From IMG/VR virus record IMGVR_UViG_3300050343_000185: a stretch of DNA of 64,000 nt; one strand, given 5' to 3'. The notes under the pieces were generated by a model. The model saw nothing but the letters and a program-made list of their open reading frames with translations, did not search any database and was not told the DNA's origin. How positions within the stretch are numbered: the first letter of the stretch is position 1; every line of letters starts with the position of its first letter. The position numbers and the translations under genes were made by a program. Below are positions 1 to 8,834 of this stretch, in pieces. This DNA is from a virus.

Positions 1-100
1 GTGTTAGAGTCTCTCGCACTTTAAGAAAATCATCTGGTTCTCCAAGAACCACTTCCACCATATCAGTTTGTTTCCACTGGATTATAGTTTCATCATTCAT
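1..100 (-). CDS. regA: RegA translational repressor, 5' part (runs off the left edge)
   Basis: Manual translation from ATG at 100: MNDETIIQWKQTDMVEVVLGEPDDFLKVRETLT, the typical RegA N-terminus. ATGA overlap with gp62 and T4 synteny 45-44-62-regA. Confidence 0.9.
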   Translation of the reverse strand, partial: MNDETIIQWKQTDMVEVVLGEPDDFLKVRETLT

Positions 101-480
101 GTTCTTCCACCTTTATTCAATACCTTGGTAATATGATCTAACTGATCCTTGGTAAGAATCCTGAGAGCTTGGAGTGCTTTATCGTCATTATAACCATAAT
201 ACTCTTTAACTACTTCAAGATAATCAATAGAATCTTTTCGTGCCCAAGGAGAGAAACGCTTCCTCGGTTTGACACTATTTAGTAAAAAGTCATATTGCAT
301 CTTCTTGTCAAGATGAGAATTTTTATTCATCTCATTGACATATAGAATAGTATCAGTGAAAGAAGACAAGCACCTATTAACAATATAAGGAGGATACCCT
401 CGCTCACCATCAACGTCATCATGTAAAATACTTTTCTTTGATTGATTAATTGAGTACAAGTAATCTTTCAGTTGATACAT
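97..480 (-). CDS. gp62: Clamp loader small subunit
   Basis: LKDYLYSIN...YPPYIVNRCLS...QYDFLLNSVKPRKRFSPW...VKEYYGYN motifs; synteny. Confidence 0.93.
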   Translation of the reverse strand: MYQLKDYLYSINQSKKSILHDDVDGERGYPPYIVNRCLSSFTDTILYVNEMNKNSHLDKKMQYDFLLNSVKPRKRFSPWARKDSIDYLEVVKEYYGYNDDKALQALRILTKDQLDHITKVLNKGGRT

Positions 481-482
481 TA

Positions 483-1000
483 TTAAATCCAGTCAGGTTT
501 GCGGTGTGGTAATCGTAGGTAGTTATCAGATACCCATGGTTTGGAAGCGATGTACATTTTGTATGCTTCAATAGTAGTAATACTATCATCAAACTTAAAC
601 TCATCGGGCATAGCACGAACAAAAGGAGTGTGATCATCCCAATGATACATCAGGGAATAATTTTGTCAGCAGCAAGAGAGTGCACTAAAACATGTATGGA
701 CTTTATCATATCGAGCAGTATACTCTTCACATAAAGCAAACCCATGAGCAAGTAACCACCTAGTATTTGCTACAGTTTTGTTTGCCCACTTAGTGCAGGG
801 ATGATTACGAAATGCTCCCTTTCTTCGTAGCATAGGGCATACCATCTGCTTTAGGAAGTGTGCCATAATTGTGTCCCCATTTTTTGAGAAGAGACTATAG
901 AGAGCATCTGGCATGTCTCTAGGGGCATCTTAACGATGTGCTTGTCAGGTAAGACAGCAGCAGACCGCCATGGAGATTCATCTGTGACAAAGATATTCAT
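483..1000 (-). CDS. Pyrimidine-dimer DNA glycosylase (DenV/Pyr_excise)-like protein, interrupted by apparent indels
   Basis: Reconstructed across frames: MNIFVTDESPWRSAAVLPDKHIVKMPLETCQMLS...GAFRNHPCTKWA...PFVRAMPDEFK...YIASKPWVSDNYLRLPHRKPDWI. Extra bases near 880-885 and 817-819; in-frame TGA at 666-668. Confidence 0.65.
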
Positions 1001-1141
1001 TTAAATACAGCGGTTACACTAACAATTTTAGCAGTAGGGTTTCTAGCGAGTAGCAGTTTGTCTCGCTTCTTCATAATTACGAGCAATGACCTGCTCCTTG
1101 AACACGGTGCCTGCTACGTATAGAGTGACTTCACATTTCAT
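997..1141 (-). CDS. Small conserved cyanophage hypothetical protein (47 aa after removing one extra base)
   Basis: MKCEVTLYVAGTVFKEQVIARNYEEARQTA / LARNPTAKIVSVTAVFK; both ends overlap neighbouring start/stop codons. Not in the ORF track. Confidence 0.6.
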
Positions 1142-1974
1142 AGTTTGCTAGGACGAGTTCCTTGCGAGACTGCTTGATCTGTATTATAACTCCCCACGCT
1201 CCTCATGGTGTAAGTGTGTGCAAATTCAGCAGCTGTCCACCCCTGCTTGAAGCGGTCTCGGATCAGTTGCGATGAGTTGTATGACACAAGTTGATGTGAG
1301 ATAAAGCGATCACAATCACTAGCAAACAAATCGTGATCGAATCCTTTATGCATGTTGCCTCGTTTACCATAAAGATTTGATCCGATCTCATAGGGAGGAT
1401 CAAGATAAACAAAGGTTGACTTGCTGTCGCTGAATAGTTCTTCGTAGGATAGATTAGTAATCTTCCACTTAGAAATCATTCTTGAATATTCAGGGAGTTT
1501 ATCAATGCCTCGCATCGAGAAGTTGCTAACTGACGCTTGCTTGGAGAATGAGCTGGACTCAGTGAGACCAGAGAAAGAGCACTTATTAACAATATAAAAA
1601 CACACAGCAGCAAATAAGTCGGATGTTGAATCATCGTTTAGTCTCTCCTTAGCGTCTAGAAATAAAGTTTTTGCGGATACTGGTTCTGGATGGGCGTTCT
1701 TAGAATCTCTCAACAGATCAGAAAGTTCTTCGCCTTGATCTTGAAGCACTCGCCAGAAATTGTAGAGTGGTCCATAAAGATCATTCACCCAGATATCTAG
1801 GTGTGGATATCGTTTACCAATTTCCAATGCCACAGAACCACCACCAACAAATGGTTCACGATACTCAGTGTAATCTTTCAGGTTAGGAATATACTGAAAG
1901 AGTTTACTCAGGGCACGACTCTTCCCGCCTGGATACCTGAGGGGTGTCTTCAATGACTTCAATGTCTGGGGCAT
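1131..1974 (-). CDS. dam: Dam-like N6-adenine DNA methyltransferase (D12 class)
   Basis: PLRYPGGKSR, EPFVGGGSV, WVNDL and DPPY motifs. One extra base near 1170 shifts the C-terminus (true end probably DQASRKELVLANYEM*). Confidence 0.9.
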
Positions 1975-2219
1975 GGTATTTAAGGTATTCACGAAAGATC
2001 ATTTTCATTTCACGCTCTGTCATTCCACAATGAGCAGCAGCATGGGGTAGGTTCATTGTAGCATGAAACAATGCTTCATTTGCTTCCTGAACATTCTCGG
2101 GTGTAGTTTTGACTTTTGATGTACTCCCATTGTCTCTCTGGTTCTTTTTCAAGTCGCTCATACATTTCCTCCATCATAATAATTTTAGGTTCTTTCTCAA
2201 TGAATTTGAGTAGTGTCAT
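1904..2219 (-). CDS. Conserved cyanophage hypothetical protein, probable +1 homopolymer error
   Basis: MTLLKFIEKEPKII...WEYIK joins VKTTPENVQEANEALFHATMNLPHAAAHCGMT if one base of the T4 run near 2114-2117 is removed. ATGA overlap with the gp44 stop. Confidence 0.5.
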
Positions 2220-3161
2220 CGAAATTCACAACTCATCATGATCTCTGTTAGACATGCCAACAGGTTGATCTCTTGATCAGGAACAATAGTAATGTCTTTC
2301 ATATACTTCGCGATGATAAGAACAGCTTCAGGAATAGAAGCAGGTTTCAATACACCATACAAACTATCATAAACTCTTACGCATCACCATACTAGGATCG
2401 TTATCAAGATGCTGAACTACCCAGTTCTTTACATTAGTAAAGTCTTTCTTCTTCAGAGATGTAAGTAGAGTATCCAGATTAACATCTGCAACGTCAACCA
2501 AGATAGCAGAAGTAATACTCCCTGTGGCAGCATAACGCTGGCACTCGTTAATGAGACGACGCCAATCAGGATAATACCTCTTGACAAGTTTCGCGAGAAC
2601 TTTATCTTCATACTCAACATTCTCATTTGTTAGAATAGTTTTGAGACGAGTAAAGAATTCTCCCTGAAGTTGAGTAGACTGCTCAGGTTTGATTCTAAAA
2701 TCAACGACTGTACAACGTGAGTGTAACGGTTCAATAATTTTATTGATGAAGTTACAGGTAAAAATGAAACGGCAGTTGCCATGGAACTCCTCCACAGCAG
2801 TCCTTAGAGACAGTTGAACATCATTGGTGGTGTTGTCTGCCTCATCGATGATGACCACCTTGTGGGATGCTCCAGACGTGAGAGAGACAGTCGTAGCAAA
2901 CTGACGGACACGGTTCCTCACGGTGTCTAGGAAGCGTCCCTCATCAGATCCGTTGATCACGATGTAAGAGGCACCGATCTCCTCACACAGTGCCTTAGCA
3001 ACAGTGGTCTTGCCAACACCTGCTGTGCCGGTCAAGAGCAGGTTAGGTAGTTCGCCCTGGTTGACGAAACCCTGAAACACTTCTTTAGTGCTAGCAGGAA
3101 GGATACAATCTTCAACAATACTGGGGCGGTATTTCTCCACCCACAAAAATTCTTTGCTCAT
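2216..3161 (-). CDS. gp44: Clamp loader large subunit (AAA+)
   Basis: FLWVEKYRP, Walker A GTAGVGKT, Walker B IIDEAD, SRC motif. One extra base near 2375 truncates the ORF; the shifted frame gives IYDSLYGVLKPASIPEAVLIIAKY...EIMMSCEFR*. Confidence 0.93.
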
Positions 3162-3163
3162 AA

Positions 3164-3733
3164 TTAATTAGTGTAAACGGAATTCAAAAGAATACGACTC
3201 TTGTGTTTTGACGGAGAATGTCCTGTATGAACATAGTTCCCATCAAATACTAGCAGACGATTTGGCAAAGGGTCAATAGATTTCTTGATCTCATAATTTT
3301 TTGTGTAATCTATGTCATTGGCATTTACAACTTTCTTATCGTAAATTAAAGTATTGCCATCACTCTCATTCATATAAAGAATTGCCGAAACAAAACTATG
3401 ATGATTCATATCAATGTGATATGGGTGTCTATAATTTGATGGATTGTATGTAGTCAAATCATACCTGGCACGAACAATAGTTTTACATTTAACTTTTTCC
3501 TGAATAGAAAAAAGAGCAGGTAAAGTTATCCACGATTCTTTAGTTTCCCGAATACTATATTTTTGTATAGAATTAAAAATTGTGAAACTAAAACCATACG
3601 AATTATCATCTGAAAGTTCTTTCATCGCAGTAATGTTAGGAAAGAAATTCCAAGCAAAGTTAGGTGATGTAAGTAAATCTCTTAAAGAATCAAAGTATGG
3701 TTGTGGTAAAAAATTGTCATAGACTTTAATCAT
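3164..3733 (-). CDS. 2OG-Fe(II) oxygenase
   Basis: H-x-D (PYHIDM), ILYMNESDGNT, distal His (YVHTGH) and R (RILLN). Confidence 0.8.
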   Translation of the reverse strand: MIKVYDNFLPQPYFDSLRDLLTSPNFAWNFFPNITAMKELSDDNSYGFSFTIFNSIQKYSIRETKESWITLPALFSIQEKVKCKTIVRARYDLTTYNPSNYRHPYHIDMNHHSFVSAILYMNESDGNTLIYDKKVVNANDIDYTKNYEIKKSIDPLPNRLLVFDGNYVHTGHSPSKHKSRILLNSVYTN

Positions 3734-4322
3734 TATGTAATTGTAAATTAAAAGAAAAAGTCAATCTCATACTAGCACTGGTTTGTAAATCAACTGAGTG
3801 CTTTAAGTATGGTGGAAATAAAATTACATCACCATTTGATAAGTTTGGTTGTAAAGTGTCAGCAAAGTATTCTCTAAAGTCAGGTCCATTGTAAGGAAAT
3901 TGGTGAACCTTATTGTTTGAATCTGGTCTAAAGAATGTAGTTGGTGTAAACCCTTTGTTGTAATAGATTCCACACCAGTACGGAGTGACAGACATACAAC
4001 CAGTCAAATGTGTATGTTGTTCCTGTCCTTGGTTTTCATGGTATGAATTATACCAGAAATCAACAAAGTTAAACTTATCCGGTATGCCATGCATATAGAA
4101 AAGTTTTTTAATCTGTTCCTTTAAATCACTCATCATATTATCTCTAACATCTGGAGAGACAAGAGGATCGTTATCTTGTATAGCAGGAAACGTAGAGTTC
4201 AATGGAGTTGTCCATCCTCTAGGACGACTATCATTTTTTTCTAAATTAGAAAATTGATAGTCGCTATGTTTGTTAAACCTGAATGTAAAGATAGGAACAT
4301 AAAAAACTTTGTGTAACCTCAA
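3726..4322 (-). CDS. Putative 2OG-Fe(II) oxygenase (HxH type, TIGR02466-like)
   Basis: WYNSY...QEQHTH...GDVILFPPYLKHSV...RLTFSFN. Confidence 0.8.
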   Translation of the reverse strand: MRLHKVFYVPIFTFRFNKHSDYQFSNLEKNDSRPRGWTTPLNSTFPAIQDNDPLVSPDVRDNMMSDLKEQIKKLFYMHGIPDKFNFVDFWYNSYHENQGQEQHTHLTGCMSVTPYWCGIYYNKGFTPTTFFRPDSNNKVHQFPYNGPDFREYFADTLQPNLSNGDVILFPPYLKHSVDLQTSASMRLTFSFNLQLHND

Positions 4323-4990
4323 GGTTCCAATGCGATGTAGTAAGTCAGGTCAGTGTTTACGTTAGTCCACTCAGAAATGAGGTGTTGAGAGACTTTGACA
4401 GTGTAGTCACCAGGGAGAAGACGAATGTTTTCAATCTTAAGATCAAGAGTATAGGTGCCAGTAGTAGAACCTGCCACGGTGATATCGTAAGTATTACTGG
4501 TATCATTCTCTTTGTCCCTGAGGATAAGTTTAATCTCATCATGACCTTCGATTGATTGGAAGGTAAGATCAGGAAGACTGTAGACAGCAGATGCTTTCTG
4601 TAGAGCAATCAAATCTTCACCAGTCAGATTGAACTGAAGATCAGAACCAGGAAACTTTACATTTTTTTCTGGAGCAGACTTGAGCGTAATCTCTGGGTCA
4701 GAAAAGAAATAGCGAGCAGACTGACGACCGCCACGGATGCTGACAAAATTTTCGTTGTCAAACTCAAGCTGAGGGTCGCTAAACAAAGAGATCCCAGAAA
4801 GGAACTGACTAAGATCATAGATAGCGAAGTCAACAGGAAAGACTTCCTCACCAGTAAACTTTGCGAGGATGTTCTCTGCATTAGAGATAGTTCTAACCGT
4901 GGATCCTTTACGGAAGACAATCGAGGAATTGATAGTACTGAAGTTTTTAAGAACATCTAGGGTTTTTCTAGAAAGAATAACTTTACTCAT
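4319..4990 (-). CDS. gp45: Sliding clamp
   Basis: LKNFSTINSSI, FAIYDLSQFL and YYIALE motifs; 223 aa; synteny. Confidence 0.95.
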   Translation of the reverse strand: MSKVILSRKTLDVLKNFSTINSSIVFRKGSTVRTISNAENILAKFTGEEVFPVDFAIYDLSQFLSGISLFSDPQLEFDNENFVSIRGGRQSARYFFSDPEITLKSAPEKNVKFPGSDLQFNLTGEDLIALQKASAVYSLPDLTFQSIEGHDEIKLILRDKENDTSNTYDITVAGSTTGTYTLDLKIENIRLLPGDYTVKVSQHLISEWTNVNTDLTYYIALEP

Positions 4991-5274
4991 TGAGGATAGG
5001 TTTCGCGGTTGGAAGTTTTGTCAGAGAAGTGGAGCAGCAGCAATGCGTAGTGAAGGATCTTAATGATATCACGACGGGCAGTGCCTTTACGATCGTAGCG
5101 TGAAGCATACTTGAGGATGTTGCTACGGCAGAATGCCTCAGCGTCTCCACATGCTTCAATTAGATCTAACGTTTGAATGCTGTCGTTACCAGCAGAATAG
5201 TGTTGTCCATAAGTTCCAGAAATGTAATCACTCAACTCTTTCAACAGAGCATCTTCATTGTATTTTTTCGCCAT
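4987..5274 (-). CDS. DUF3310-like (T7 gp1.7-like) conserved hypothetical protein
   Basis: TYGQHY...IQTLDLI...FCRSNILKYASRYDRKG...DIIKILHY pattern. Confidence 0.6.
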   Translation of the reverse strand: MAKKYNEDALLKELSDYISGTYGQHYSAGNDSIQTLDLIEACGDAEAFCRSNILKYASRYDRKGTARRDIIKILHYALLLLHFSDKTSNRETYPQ

Positions 5275-5451
5275 TCAATTATCCCAAATTAAGCGTAGAC
5301 TACTATGGTAGCATTCTTCAACGTTGCCGTCAAGGTCTTTGACAAACAACTTCAAACCATCTCCACCCATAATTTTGACAGTCTTGCCAGTGTCAAGCAT
5401 GGCAAGACAATTCACGTATCCGTGAAATTTTTCAGAACGAAATATTGACAT
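5275..5451 (-). CDS. Hypothetical protein (58 aa)
   Basis: Likely start MSIFRSEKF at 5451, preceded by GGAGGA; packed between neighbours. Confidence 0.6.
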   Translation of the reverse strand: MSIFRSEKFHGYVNCLAMLDTGKTVKIMGGDGLKLFVKDLDGNVEECYHSSLRLIWDN

Positions 5452-6538
5452 TTTCCTCCTCCTCGGTTTGAACGTCAGCATCGATTTTATCATACAATTC
5501 AATGAAAGACTGCTTGGTCTCATCATCAAAACGATTTACACAGACCTTGATTGCCTTCATGCGATCACCCCAGATAGCATATGCTCGCATGATGTGGACC
5601 AGACGACGGGTAGAAATAACCTCATCGATACCACCATCAGCAAATGTCTTACGAATAATGTCAGCCCAGTTAGCAAGATTCTTACAGAAGTCTTCGTCAT
5701 GCTTACCTACAGATGCAGCAATACGAACAAGAATATTAGTTTCTACCGCAGGAGTAGGATACTCCTGCTCAAAGGTTAAAGCAAAACGCTCAAGAATGCT
5801 TCGTTGAGAACATTAGTGCCAATAAAACGACCATCATCAGAACCTTTACCTTTAGTGTTGGCAGTAGCAATGACATTGAAACCAGCAGCAGGTTTACATA
5901 ACGACCGGTCTTCTTCAAGAACACACCCTTACCTTCAAGGATGGACTGGAGACAAAGGATTTTATTAGAAGCAAGGTCAACTTCATCGAGTAGCAAGATT
6001 GCTCCACGTTCAAGTGCTTCAACGACAGGTCCGTTATGCCAAACAGTTGACCCATCGACAAGACGGAAACCACCAATAAGATCGTCTTCATCAGTTTCAA
6101 TAGTAATGTTTACACGAATAAGTTCACGTCCTAGAGCAGCACATGCTTGCTCCACAGAGAACGTTTTACCATTACCAGACAGACCAGTAATGAATGTAGG
6201 GTAGAAGATCTTAGACTTGAATGATTTTCTTTACGATCAGTGAAGTTACCGAACGGAACGAAGTTATCATCTTTATCGGGAACAAGGTTCTGTTCCTGGT
6301 TTTCAGAAACAGGAATACCAGCAGGTGCTTCGTAGGTTTGCTCTAGACGCTCTTGTACTGTCAAGTTCCAAGTGCCACGCTTGACATAGAAATCACGCAG
6401 ACGCTTGACCGCAGTAGGATAGGTGATACCAAAGTTATTACACGCAGCACGAACATGCTCGGCATTGATGTCATTGCCGTAGGTATCAGACAGATAAGAA
6501 GTAAGTTGTGTGGTGGTAAGGTCGGACTTGGCAGGCAT
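5432..6538 (-). CDS. cobS: CobS-like MoxR-family AAA+ ATPase (four compensating indels)
   Basis: Reconstructed: GLSGNGKT (Walker A), RVNITIETDEDDLIGG, LLLDEVD (Walker B), ATANTKG, NEAFLERF, ISTRRLVH. Two +1 bases near 6218-6236 and two -1 near 5895 and 5793 give net zero (1107 nt, 368 aa). Confidence 0.88.
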
Positions 6539-6542
6539 GGTG

Positions 6543-6616
6543 CGTTTCGTTGATGTAGTTATTATAGAACAGGGTGAGGTGGGATCAGAGGAGGAGTAGA
6601 CAGTACCTCAACTGAC
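6543..6616 (-). promoter_or_regulatory. Putative promoter: palindrome CAGTT-N4-TACTG, 34 bp spacer, TATAAT, leader CATCAACGAAACG
   Basis: Palindrome 6601-6614, -10 at 6561-6566, leader 6543-6555; same spacing as the element at 8761-8834. Confidence 0.65.
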
Positions 6617-8755
6617 ATACTCGATGAAGGAACTCAGGAGTTTTTTATTGGTGGATTTTGAACTAAGCATTTTCTTGAAGGCTTTACTGATTTCACTTTT
6701 CTTAGCACCAGAATCAACTTCTGTCATATCAGAATCATTCTCTCCACCAAGAGCAGTATTAGAAATAGCATACAATGCAGTGTATCCTTTAGGCATAGGA
6801 ATGATAGCAGACTTTTGTTTCCTCCATTGCTTCTGAACCTCACCGTAGTAAGCAAGGTCGCCATAGGAACCAACAAAATTAGAGAGTTGACTACCAGCCA
6901 TAATACGAAACCCAATAACGTTTACTCCAGAATTACGATCGCGAACTTGTTTGATGAAAGTGTTAGTAGATTCTTCCCATCCACTCATAGAAGAATACAT
7001 ACGACCCGTCTGGCGATCACGAAGTATGGTGGAATATTCTAAGCGATGTGGACGAACATAGTGCTCGTCTTTATGTTCGTTGTAATATCTACGACCGTAA
7101 GATGCCTGACAACTCTCACCATCAGTAAGAATACAAACATTTACTTTTTGTAAGTTGTTCTGTTTCTTAAACTCAGGAATGATGTAGTTCAACATAATGA
7201 CACTCTCATTCAAAGGAGTTCCAGAAAGACCAACACCAACAGTGCTACGATAAGAAACATAGTGCTTGAAGCAGTATGCTTCCCTAAACAAATTGAGACA
7301 CATACGTTCATAGTTCTTTGAATTAGATCGAGAAGATACAACATTCATCAAATGGAACATACCTTTGTGGAGGAAGATCTCTCCATCCACACAACCACGA
7401 CTCGCAAAGTATTCTTCATTGGATACGTATTCGGTATTACCTTCTTTGGCGCGACGGACAGCATACCACTCATTAGTGAAAGCATATACTTCAAATGGGA
7501 TCTGAACTTTCTTACAAAAGGCAGTCAAGTTAAGTAGTTGTTTTACCGTAGACAACAACTCATTTTGCATAGAACCAGACCAATCAAGAATAAAAATTAA
7601 ACCATGGTTCTTACCATCAGGCACAACTGTTACTTTCTTGAAGAGGTCTTCATTATACTTATAAGTATGAAGCTTTGAAGTATCAAGAACACCAGTTTTA
7701 GATTGGCTAGCACGAGCATAGGCATCAGCAGACTTACGACATTCAAATTCTTTTACTAGGTAGTTTACTTCTTTCTGAGATTGTTTACGAAATGTATCAA
7801 AAGCATTATCAACTTCTATATATCGGTCATAACGATTGTCAGTAGCATCAGGATCATTAACAAATGCTTCGCGCTGTTCATCAATCCAACCATGAACTTC
7901 AGTCCAGTCAGCAATATAATCTTCCAAGTTAACAGAAGAAGGGATCTCAACATACTTAGAATTATCACCAAAACGATCTGTTAATTTCTTAGCAGCATCG
8001 TTGAAAGAATCCTGTGTCTTAGAACCTTCTATCTCCTCTTCGTCATCATAGTCTTCTCCAACATGTGGTTGTGGTTGACTAGTAGAACTAGTGTTATTTT
8101 CTTCGCGACGTTGTGCTTCTTCTAGCATTTCCTCATGCGTCATCTCACCTTCTTTACCTTCAGAAGATTGATTGGCAGGCATTTCTGCTTCTGGTGTTTG
8201 CTCTTGCTCCTGTTCTTGCTTACTGAATTCATATACATCAACAGCAATCTGACAAACCTCATCAAAAGTTTCAGCAACATCTGTACGAGATACAAATACT
8301 TTTTCTTCAATAGAGAAAGGAACCATAGCACTTGCACCAATCTTAAAGTGGAGATTGATACGATCGATCAGACTGAATGTATTGAGATCTTCGTCAGCAA
8401 TACCAAAGAAGTCCTGATCGTTTAGTTCTTTATATCCACCAGCAAATGACTTGCGAAGACCAGGATACTTTTGCTTCATCAACTTCTCGATACGAGCATC
8501 CTCAATCACGTTAACGAAATCTTTAGGACAATCGAACATCCCAGTCCAGTCCTCATTAGGAGTGAAGAGAGCATGTCCTACCTCGTGTCCCACCAGAAGG
8601 TCGTAGACGGTGCTAGATGCCTTGTCCCAGTTAGGGAGAGTCAACACACGGCGATCCACATCAAAGGACGCTGTAGCGACTCTACGGTGCTCTACAATCA
8701 GGTTCTCTGTTGCGAGCAGTCGTGCTAAGTTTCCTTTGATCTCTTGGGATGACAT
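6608..8755 (-). CDS. Metallopeptidase (HEXXH) plus vWA-domain protein, CobT-like partner of the MoxR ATPase
   Basis: N-terminal GHEVGH and EDARIE; acidic linker; MIDAS ILDWSGSM, GTPLNE and LTDGE. Confidence 0.8.
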   Translation of the reverse strand: MSSQEIKGNLARLLATENLIVEHRRVATASFDVDRRVLTLPNWDKASSTVYDLLVGHEVGHALFTPNEDWTGMFDCPKDFVNVIEDARIEKLMKQKYPGLRKSFAGGYKELNDQDFFGIADEDLNTFSLIDRINLHFKIGASAMVPFSIEEKVFVSRTDVAETFDEVCQIAVDVYEFSKQEQEQEQTPEAEMPANQSSEGKEGEMTHEEMLEEAQRREENNTSSTSQPQPHVGEDYDDEEEIEGSKTQDSFNDAAKKLTDRFGDNSKYVEIPSSVNLEDYIADWTEVHGWIDEQREAFVNDPDATDNRYDRYIEVDNAFDTFRKQSQKEVNYLVKEFECRKSADAYARASQSKTGVLDTSKLHTYKYNEDLFKKVTVVPDGKNHGLIFILDWSGSMQNELLSTVKQLLNLTAFCKKVQIPFEVYAFTNEWYAVRRAKEGNTEYVSNEEYFASRGCVDGEIFLHKGMFHLMNVVSSRSNSKNYERMCLNLFREAYCFKHYVSYRSTVGVGLSGTPLNESVIMLNYIIPEFKKQNNLQKVNVCILTDGESCQASYGRRYYNEHKDEHYVRPHRLEYSTILRDRQTGRMYSSMSGWEESTNTFIKQVRDRNSGVNVIGFRIMAGSQLSNFVGSYGDLAYYGEVQKQWRKQKSAIIPMPKGYTALYAISNTALGGENDSDMTEVDSGAKKSEISKAFKKMLSSKSTNKKLLSSFIEYVS

Positions 8756-8760
8756 ACGTT

Positions 8761-8834
8761 CGTTTCGTTGATGCTACTAGTATATACAAAAAAAGGGTGC
8801 CCGAAGGCACCCCTAGTCCAGTTCAGAAACTGTC
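8761..8834 (-). promoter_or_regulatory. Putative promoter: palindrome CAGTT-N4-AACTG, 34 bp spacer, TATACT, leader CATCAACGAAACG
   Basis: Palindrome 8819-8832, -10 at 8779-8784, leader 8761-8773. Confidence 0.65.
8788..8812 (-). terminator. Rho-independent terminator after gp46
   Basis: Minus strand GGGTGCC-TTCG-GGCACCC-TTTTTTT. Confidence 0.9.

Noticed and set aside
2216-2400. Programmed frameshifting in gp44 (and in gp13 near 32272)
   Set aside because: No slippery heptamer or stimulatory structure; same pattern as the other single-base insertions.
5432-6538. cobS as evidence of cobalamin biosynthesis
   Set aside because: No other cob genes are present; the family is a general MoxR ATPase and its partner is a vWA-peptidase.
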